Source: a virus. From it: DNA of 64,000 nucleotides. Shown one piece after another: positions 57,936 to 64,000 of the stretch. Both the position numbers and the translations under genes were made by a program. Every line of letters begins with the position of its first letter. Positions within the stretch are counted from its first letter, which is position 1. The notes under the pieces were generated by a model, which did no database searches, was not told the origin of the DNA, and worked only from the letters and a program-made list of their open reading frames with translations. The DNA is taken from IMG/VR virus record IMGVR_UViG_3300025655_000026, positions 13,517 through 77,516 of that record, one strand, 5' to 3'.

Positions 57936-59363
57936 TCAGTTCTTTTGTGGTTTTGGCCCACAATAAAACAGGTTTTCTTGCGCTCTTGTAATAGCGACAT
58001 AACAAATATTATTTTCCTCATGTCCTCCTTTTGGATGAGGCATACGCTCAGTTGCTAATAAGAAAACATTAGGTGCTTCAAGCCCTTTAGCCTTATGAAC
58101 AGTTGAAAGCATAATTTCACCTTCTTCTGTTCCATCAAACACCAATTTGATATTCTCAATCATTTGACCAACTGTTTCACTTCGGCTAGCAAAGATATTG
58201 ATACAATCTGCCTTATCGGAAAGATTCATGGCTTGATTCATCTTTTCATCAGCCTCAAGCCGTTGAATTTGAACCGTAACATGAATCTTGAATAATTGGT
58301 TAAACTCATCAATACCCATTGCATCGCTTTTGGTAATCTTACGGATTTCATTAATCAATCCAGTTGTCATATCTCGCCCTAGAATGTAGGCTGATTTACC
58401 ATTACTTACTAATTCATAGAAAGCACTAACGAGAGGGGCATTGTAACGACACAAAACCATATCACCACTTTCGGGAGTAAAGGAAGCATTCTCAACAACT
58501 TTACCAACAATAGCATTAGGTGCATGGTGGAAATCTCTAACATAGCGGTTTGCTTCTTGAACAACTGATGTAGGACAACGCCATGAAATCGTTAAAGGCA
58601 ATTGAATAATTTCTCTATTGGATTCCTTCTCAAGACGATTTCGGAACATATTGATTGAGTTAGAATCAGCCCCACGAAAACCATAGATTGCTTGATTAGG
58701 GTCGCCAACAATAATACAACGACCACCATTTACAACTCGCACAATAAGTTCTCTTTGCATTTCATTGAAGTCTTGGGCTTCATCAACAAAAAGAAGGTCA
58801 TAGTGTGGAAGTGGGTAATTGTTTACTAAGGGCAACCAAATCATATCATCAAAGTCAATCTCATTTGTTTGAGTCTTACATTTGTTAAGAATAGCAGGAA
58901 TTGCGCTAATTGCCTGTTGTTCTTCACGACTTGATTCAAATTGAATATTGTATTCATCAATAAGTCTACGAATACCACGCACATCTCGCCCATCAATCAT
59001 TGAACCTTTGATTAAACCCACTAGTTTAGCCAATGGTGCTGAGAAGTAATCTCGGCCTAGAACTTCACTAATGATATTCTTCACTTTGTAGTTGTTCACT
59101 TTGGTTCTAATTCCAGCCGCACGAATGGCTGAAAATCCGAAGGCATGAAATGTTTTGGCTTCCACATTATCGGGTAATTTCTTTGCTAGTTCAGTTGCGA
59201 TACTTTTGTTAAAAGCAAGGAAAGCCGCATTACCAGTTACTCGGTTTGCCGCTTCTACAATTGTGGAAGTCTTTCCACAACCTGCTCCTGCAATCACAAT
59301 CACATGCTTTTCTGTTTCACCAATAGCGGTGAAAATTGCTTCTTGTTGTTCGGTATATTTCAT
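57936..59363 (-). CDS. UvrD/Rep-like superfamily 1 helicase
   Basis: AGAGCGKT, 'TFHA', 'VDEAQD', 'VGDPNQAIYGFRGA', 'STVHKAKGLE', 'YVAITRA'. Confidence 0.92.
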   Translation of the reverse strand: MKYTEQQEAIFTAIGETEKHVIVIAGAGCGKTSTIVEAANRVTGNAAFLAFNKSIATELAKKLPDNVEAKTFHAFGFSAIRAAGIRTKVNNYKVKNIISEVLGRDYFSAPLAKLVGLIKGSMIDGRDVRGIRRLIDEYNIQFESSREEQQAISAIPAILNKCKTQTNEIDFDDMIWLPLVNNYPLPHYDLLFVDEAQDFNEMQRELIVRVVNGGRCIIVGDPNQAIYGFRGADSNSINMFRNRLEKESNREIIQLPLTISWRCPTSVVQEANRYVRDFHHAPNAIVGKVVENASFTPESGDMVLCRYNAPLVSAFYELVSNGKSAYILGRDMTTGLINEIRKITKSDAMGIDEFNQLFKIHVTVQIQRLEADEKMNQAMNLSDKADCINIFASRSETVGQMIENIKLVFDGTEEGEIMLSTVHKAKGLEAPNVFLLATERMPHPKGGHEENNICYVAITRAQENLFYCGPKPQKN

Positions 59364-59407
59364 TTTTATTTCTCCTTATTTTAATTGTCACAATGGACTA
59401 TGATAGG

Positions 59408-59612
59408 TGGGGAAGATGAGATTAAGTCCTAACGGACATACTGCTCATTTTGGCCACCCGTTCTCATCTTCCCCGTTATCCTAAAGCAAAACGCTTTGCT
59501 TCATAGAGTAGGCGAGGCCACCACGCCCCGACCCCTCAAGGATGCCCCACACCCCTTTTCGGATTTATAAACCCACCCCACCACTCCCGTAAGAGAATAG
59601 TGGCGAAAGCCA
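59408..59612 (-). ncRNA. GC-rich structured intergenic RNA/leader with a G-quadruplex-forming tract
   Basis: 13-bp stem GGGGAAGATGAGA/TCTCATCTTCCCC; 11-bp hairpin needing G-U pairs on the - strand; four GGGG runs at 59526-59555. Confidence 0.45.
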
Positions 59613-59618
59613 AACGCT

Positions 59619-60083
59619 TTATTCTTCTTCGTCAAGAATCAGAGATTGCATTTGACCATCCCATTCTCCAGTTTTATACATACTGGATAATTTGTTACGC
59701 AACTTCTTTAGTTCAGCCAAACGATATTGCTTCTCGTTAGAATACAGACCACCACCTGCTTTACCATGACGGAATAATAGATATGGCATCATTTTGTCAT
59801 GGTTGAAAAAATTAGTTAGCGCACTACCATACACCGAACAAATTTTGTCAATGTTCACTCTTACTGTTGCTGGAATTGAGGTTCTGTTGCCCTTTCTAAA
59901 TGGCGTTCCATCACGGCCTTTCAGCAATGCCTTTATTGATAACATGGCCGTTTCACGCTCATTCATATCATTCTCGCCAATATACAGATTCATTTTGACC
60001 ACCGTAATGACTCCCTCCGACAAATCTTCTGTTGCTTCCAAAAATTCATTCACTTCAACTACAAAGGTTTCCCACTCGCTCAT
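59619..60083 (-). CDS. hypothetical protein, distant paralogue of 60791..61318 and 62715..63218
   Basis: Shared W..V..[FW]L, G..DG.P...G..S, HG..GG and WDG motifs; leaderless after a TATA-like TTCATATA. Confidence 0.65.
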   Translation of the reverse strand: MSEWETFVVEVNEFLEATEDLSEGVITVVKMNLYIGENDMNERETAMLSIKALLKGRDGTPFRKGNRTSIPATVRVNIDKICSVYGSALTNFFNHDKMMPYLLFRHGKAGGGLYSNEKQYRLAELKKLRNKLSSMYKTGEWDGQMQSLILDEEE

Positions 60084-60199
60084 GTCCTAACTACTGTTTT
60101 TGGACTATATGAAGGATTCAATTATTTTCGCTACTTTCTGCTGAAAAATCAGGATTATTTTAGCCCAATAATAAATAGTTTGCACAAATACAAATCTAG

Positions 60200-60510
60200 A
60201 GTCATTTCTCATTTTGATGATGTGTCTCATTTAATGAGAAACGAGAAAAAAGTGCGAAATTCGCTCAAAAACCAAGATTTTGGGGGTTCATTTCTCACAT
60301 TTCTCATTTCTCACCTACCCCTCTTTCTAGAGAGAGAGTATATCCTCTCTCATATATATACAAGAGAGAGATGATGATGAATGAATGAATGAATGATGAG
60401 AAATGAGAAATATGAGAAATGAAAAATAATCTTCATACTTCTGTATGCATATCTACCAAGTTTCTTCTCAGTCGTGTCGCATCTCATTCCGATTTTTGGA
60501 TGAGAAATGA
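60200..60510. repeat. cluster of about 10 TGAGAAA(T) motifs in both orientations around a GA/TA-rich core; candidate origin or packaging/terminus site
   Basis: Three copies on - (60288-60314) face three on + (60396-60420); located at the transcription strand switch. Confidence 0.7.
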
Positions 60511-60790
60511 CAACCTCGCCATATTATATGATATATTGCATATGCAATGAACATATTACATTACCATTTTACATAAGGCCAATTGAAAAATAGTGTAAAT
60601 AAGCACTATTAGAATTAGGTTGGATATTTTTGAATTAAGTAAATGAATGTAAGGTTATTTGTTGTAGTTTCAATCAAATAAAGAGCATTACCATATGGTT
60701 TGAAACGCTTTGTTGCTTCAAACCTTAAATGAGAAATCTCCTATTGGTTGGCTCAAAGGGAAGATTGGCCAAATACATGAGGTGAAACAA

Positions 60791-61318
60791 ATGAAAATAG
60801 AAAATTGGATTACGAATACAACTGCGGTTCGTGCTTGGATGAGCAACGAATTGAAAGACGACGGGGTGCGAGCAACCCTAAGCGGTATCTTTGATATGGC
60901 TAACGAACAATCAAGTGAAGACTTCCTTTCTTCAATGTGGACTGCGGTTCGCAACATTGCAGGGCATCTTGATGGATTCCCAAAAGCCCGTGTTGGACAA
61001 CCCTCCGTTTTGAGTCAAGAAGGTCAAGCCAATGTTGCGAATGTGGCCAGCCTAGTGCGTGGTGCATTTGCATCTATTGGTGAGAATCATGATATTCTCT
61101 TGAAGGTTATCCTACCACATGGCAGAACTGGTGGAGAATTTGAATCATGGTCAGCATACTGTGACCACATGGCTTCAACTGCTGAAAACAACATGCTTTC
61201 CGCAGTTAAGGAAAACCGATGGAATGCGGAAGAAGACATTTTGACCTGTCAAGCACCACTAACAAAGGCAGAGAAGGATGCTCTCAAAGAAGAAGGAGGC
61301 GTCACTCAAGAAGAGTGA
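60791..61318 (+). CDS. hypothetical protein, cassette 1 (paralogue family)
   Basis: GAGGTGA SD; shares 'WT..RNI.G..D.FPKARVGQ.S' with 62715. Confidence 0.75.
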   Translation: MKIENWITNTTAVRAWMSNELKDDGVRATLSGIFDMANEQSSEDFLSSMWTAVRNIAGHLDGFPKARVGQPSVLSQEGQANVANVASLVRGAFASIGENHDILLKVILPHGRTGGEFESWSAYCDHMASTAENNMLSAVKENRWNAEEDILTCQAPLTKAEKDALKEEGGVTQEE

Positions 61319-61472
61319 TGTTTTCTTCACCAAAACCGCCAATCTTCCCTTTGGCCACCCCTCCTCATGAGGGGTGGTCGTCGGGGTCAAGTAAATGAAC
61401 ACCAAAGTAAGTGCAACCATATGGTAGGTGACTTTGGAACATACCTCATATTTGAGAAATTTACTCAAGGGT

Positions 61473-61691
61473 ATGAAACTTGATGTTTTGATTGAGGTGC
61501 TTGAAGATTTGAGATATTTGGAGAGGTTGAACTACGATGACTTCAAAGACTTATTATTTCCCGACTCCGAATACCATTATGTGGATATGAAATGGGAACT
61601 ATTTAGAGATAACAGATATCATTTTTTACAATTGAGTTCAAATGACAAATTACAAATTTTAGTGGACTACATCAATAGAATAAAAGAATGA
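61473..61691 (+). CDS. hypothetical protein, cassette 2 (leaderless)
   Basis: ATG about 25 nt after the AT-rich box of element 2. Confidence 0.6.
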   Translation: MKLDVLIEVLEDLRYLERLNYDDFKDLLFPDSEYHYVDMKWELFRDNRYHFLQLSSNDKLQILVDYINRIKE

Positions 61692-61701
61692 AGGTGAGTT
61701 A

Positions 61702-61866
61702 ATGCCAATAGGAATATGTATAAAATGTGGTGAAGAACACGATTGCGATACTGGGATTATGGGATTATTTCGTTTGAAGTGTTACGAATGTGAACGCATT
61801 GATGACGAATTATATGAAAAGGAATCAGCCGAGTTAGATAGATATGAAGAGGAGAGAGATAGATGA
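61702..61866 (+). CDS. 54-aa Zn-finger microprotein, cassette 2
   Basis: MPIGICIKC...CYEC; GGTGA SD. Confidence 0.55.
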   Translation: MPIGICIKCGEEHDCDTGIMGLFRLKCYECERIDDELYEKESAELDRYEEERDR

Positions 61867-61982
61867 GATGGAATGTGCCTATCAAAGAAAGCCCCTTCAA
61901 GGTGTCAAAGTGTAAAGAATGCAATGAACAATATTTGGGATTGTATTATGACACATGCACCGATTGTCGGCTTGGGATTTAA
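61863..61982 (+). CDS. 39-aa Zn-finger microprotein, cassette 2
   Basis: ATGA overlap; CKEC...CTDC. Confidence 0.5.
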   Translation: MRWNVPIKESPFKVSKCKECNEQYLGLYYDTCTDCRLGI

Positions 61983-61989
61983 AGCAACC

Positions 61990-62023
61990 AAAAAAAAACT
62001 ACGGTTTTTCCCTTCGGGGTTTT
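61990..62023 (+). terminator. double UNCG-tetraloop hairpin + T-run (repeated terminator)
   Basis: AAAAACTACGGTTTTTCCCTTCGGGGTTTT; near-identical copies at 62575-62605 and 63626-63658. Confidence 0.7.
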
Positions 62024-62099
62024 GAGCGCAAAGCGTCACACCATATGGTAATGAACTTTGTGAAATTAACCCATAAATGAGAATTCTCCTCTTGGGTGT

Positions 62100-62355
62100 A
62101 AGCAAGCAATACTAGTCAATGGCTTGCTGAAAAGAAACATCAATGCAACGGAAATATGCAGGGTATGGCGGTAGGCCGAACCATTGGGAACGAGTTGGAA
62201 TTCCGAGTGTTCTCATGTAAGTGGTGGCTGTGAATCCCAAAAACTCCCGTAAGTCTCATGAAAGAAGGAAGGGCAGTCTGCTTGATGTATTCCCACTCAC
62301 AAGGGGGAGAATCCACCGCTACTTTGGATTCTCCCCCGCCCTACGGGGTTTTTTT
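62100..62355 (+). ncRNA. candidate structured ncRNA, cassette 3
   Basis: Own promoter-like element and terminator; no ATG ORF longer than 25 aa; stems AGCAAGC/GCTTGCT, ACATCAA/TTGATGT, GGGGGAGAATCCA/TGGATTCTCCCCC. Confidence 0.5.
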
Positions 62356-62429
62356 GATAACAAAGCATCACACCATATGGTTCTAACTTTGTGTTTAGAA
62401 CCTTATGTTTGAGAAATTCAGCATTAGGC

Positions 62430-62567
62430 ATGTATAAGAATACATATGATGCGAATTGCGAAGGTTGCGGAAACAATGTTGAAATTAGTCTCTATGGCTA
62501 CATTGGGGAATTCAAGTATGTTTGGTGTGAAGAATGTGGCTATGAGGGCGAAAACAAAAATGAGTGA
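62430..62567 (+). CDS. 45-aa Zn-ribbon microprotein, cassette 4 (leaderless)
   Basis: MYKNTYDANCEGC...WCEECG. Confidence 0.6.
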   Translation: MYKNTYDANCEGCGNNVEISLYGYIGEFKYVWCEECGYEGENKNE

Positions 62568-62574
62568 AATCATC

Positions 62575-62605
62575 AAAAAACCTTCGGGTTTCCCTTCGGG
62601 GTTTT
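62575..62605 (+). terminator. double cUUCGg hairpin terminator
   Basis: AAAAAACCTTCGGGTTTCCCTTCGGGGTTTT. Confidence 0.7.
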
Positions 62606-62714
62606 AATACCAAAGTAACACCATATGGTAATGCTTTGCACTTTCCTCATTTATTTGAGAAAATGAGTCTTGGTTGCTTCGGGGGCGAAGTGATGAATTG
62701 CACCAACAAAGGAG

Positions 62715-63218
62715 ATGAATACCATGAAGTTGAGTAATTGGAATACAAACATTGAGCGAGTTCTCAGTTGGTTAAACACAACTGAGAATGATATTAGTGG
62801 AGTTGAAAGCACAATCAAGTCTATTATTGGTTTGGCTGGAACTTCCGAAAACGAAGAACTACTTGGAGCATATTGGACTTCAATTAGGAATATTGGCGGT
62901 CAATTTGATGACTTCCCAAAAGCGAGAGTTGGTCAAACTTCCAACTATCCCGAAGAAGTTATCATGTCTGTGGAGAGTGTGACGAATCATGTATCATCTG
63001 TCTTTGCGTCTGTTTTTGATGACATTCTTCAATCGGTTATGTTGCCTAGAGGGATGAAGTCACGGCATATGACAAATAATGCCTTCGGAACTTATTTTGC
63101 TAGTTCGGCACAACGAGTTCTCTTTATGGCATATGACGATGGCCGATGGGATGGCACTTTATCTAAGAAAGGAGTGCCAAATGTCGCCCTAATTGAAGTG
63201 GAGGAAACAACGGAGTGA
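62715..63218 (+). CDS. hypothetical protein, cassette 5 (paralogue family)
   Basis: Clear similarity to 60791..61318. Confidence 0.75.
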   Translation: MNTMKLSNWNTNIERVLSWLNTTENDISGVESTIKSIIGLAGTSENEELLGAYWTSIRNIGGQFDDFPKARVGQTSNYPEEVIMSVESVTNHVSSVFASVFDDILQSVMLPRGMKSRHMTNNAFGTYFASSAQRVLFMAYDDGRWDGTLSKKGVPNVALIEVEETTE

Positions 63219-63328
63219 TTTTATCACTCGCCCCCGTTGCTCTACTTCAAGTGGGGTTAGTGCAAAGCATAACCATATGGTAGGAACTTTGTAAACTACC
63301 TTAATATTCAAGAAATTAAGGCTTAATC

Positions 63329-63619
63329 ATGCGAAAGATTACGCAAGACGCAATAAGAGCCTTTAGGAACGGAAACAACTTCAAGAGAGGTAATACAGAA
63401 GTGCGAATTTTAGACAATTCTCGCCAACTTCGCCTTCATGGGAATGTTATCGCTGAATATGTTGCTGATGGTGGGCTTTGGATTTCATCGGGTGGGTGGC
63501 AATCAAACACAACAAAGGAACGCTTGAACGGCCTTCCTAATGTGCATATTCATCAAAAGAACTTTCAATGGTTCTTGAATGGTGAAGCATGGGATGGCGA
63601 ATTCATTTTAGTTGAATGA
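63329..63619 (+). CDS. hypothetical protein, cassette 6 (leaderless)
   Basis: 'LHGNVIA...GGWQSNTTKERLNGL...QKNFQW'. Confidence 0.7.
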   Translation: MRKITQDAIRAFRNGNNFKRGNTEVRILDNSRQLRLHGNVIAEYVADGGLWISSGGWQSNTTKERLNGLPNVHIHQKNFQWFLNGEAWDGEFILVE

Positions 63620-63625
63620 AACGAT

Positions 63626-63658
63626 AAAAAAACCTTCGGGTTTTCCCTTCGGGGTTTT
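63626..63658 (+). terminator. double cUUCGg hairpin terminator
   Basis: AAAAAAACCTTCGGGTTTTCCCTTCGGGGTTTT. Confidence 0.7.
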
Positions 63659-63819
63659 AAAGCACAAAGTTACAACCATATGGCTTTGTTCCAAATTTTT
63701 ATTTTGCTGTTCATTTAAAGCCATTTAATTTAATGCGTAAAAATAGAACTAAAACGCCCCATATTAACCACTTTAAAGCCAAATAAATATATGTAGTTCG
63801 GCCTTTTCGCCCATACTGA

Positions 63820-64000
63820 ATGAAAGAGACTACTTTGCACAAAACAAATACTGAAGAATCAAATGGTTCGTCTGAACATCGTTTAGAATTAGACAAACTA
63901 ATAGAAAGAATACAAAATGCTAGAAAAGCAATCAAGGAATACACGCAAAAAGATTCTAAATTAAATGAAGATACTTTAAACTATTTAAAATCAATAAATA
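63820..64000 (+). CDS. N-terminal part of an ORF running out of the window
   Basis: ATG 63820 open to the end; AT-rich TAAATATAT box upstream. Confidence 0.5.
   Translation, partial: MKETTLHKTNTEESNGSSEHRLELDKLIERIQNARKAIKEYTQKDSKLNEDTLNYLKSIN

Larger units (their letters stand above)
60679..63688. repeat. seven interrupted palindromes CAAAG-n4-8-ACCATATGG(T)-n0-8-CTTTG at cassette boundaries
   Basis: Cores at 60690, 61416, 62040, 62372, 62620, 63272, 63675. Confidence 0.9.

Noticed and set aside
59408-59475. Hammerhead, HDV-like or twister ribozyme in the helicase leader
   Set aside because: Conserved catalytic cores such as CUGANGA/GAAA could not be found by eye; kept only as an unclassified structure.
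28688-60090. Plus-strand ORFs inside the minus-strand block (e.g. 28688, 30028, 40730, 54996, 56036, 59794)
   Set aside because: They are antisense shadows of well-supported genes.
60180-60374. 64-aa ORF across the TGAGAAAT cluster
   Set aside because: It is a translation of low-complexity repeats with no SD.
44798-61318. Many proteins end in -EE/-EEE (possible C-terminal tag)
   Set aside because: Largely explained by the next gene's SD overlapping the stop (GGTGAAGAAGAATGA, GGAGGAATAA).
60679-63688. CRISPR array interpretation of the repeats (Cas4-like gene elsewhere in the window)
   Set aside because: The repeats are degenerate and separated by about 250-730 nt of gene-containing sequence; no cas1/cas2; solo Cas4-like nucleases are common in viral replication modules.
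1-64000. Stop-codon reassignment
   Set aside because: ORFs tile densely under the standard code with TAA, TGA and TAG all used as stops; the only tRNA is Arg(UCU).

Overview
This window is part of the genome of an AT-rich tailed dsDNA virus with an archaeal host. The gene set closely resembles 'magroviruses' infecting Marine Group II Euryarchaeota (Poseidoniales): split family-B DNA polymerase, PCNA, RFC, RPA-like SSB, RadA-like ATPase, AEP primase, ERCC4 nuclease, TFIIB, chaperonin and GAGGTGA Shine-Dalgarno sites. The host assignment is inference from gene content, not a database hit. Layout: (1) 1-27205 (+): morphogenesis genes (prohead protease/scaffold, major capsid, adaptor, tail tube, frameshifted tail chaperones, tape measure, tail tip and fibres; no sheath gene recognised, so probably siphovirus-like). 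This block contains an Arf/Sar1-like GTPase + membrane protein + WW-like cassette and ends in an HMG-CoA lyase gene. (2) 27251-60083 (-): replication, repair and accessory genes, including GroEL/GroES, a putative histone-fold protein, tRNA-Arg(UCU) and an apparently complete ubiquitin-like system (Ubl-GG, candidate E2, ThiF/E1, JAB). (3) 60100-60700: non-coding strand-switch region packed with TGAGAAAT repeats. (4) 60680-63690 (+): six self-contained promoter-gene-terminator cassettes bounded by seven copies of an interrupted palindrome, CAAAG-n-ACCATATGGT-n-CTTTG; one cassette looks like a structured ncRNA. The best candidates for undescribed systems are the palindrome-bounded cassette array, the viral Ubl system and the Arf-like GTPase membrane module. 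All product calls come from motif recognition by eye.
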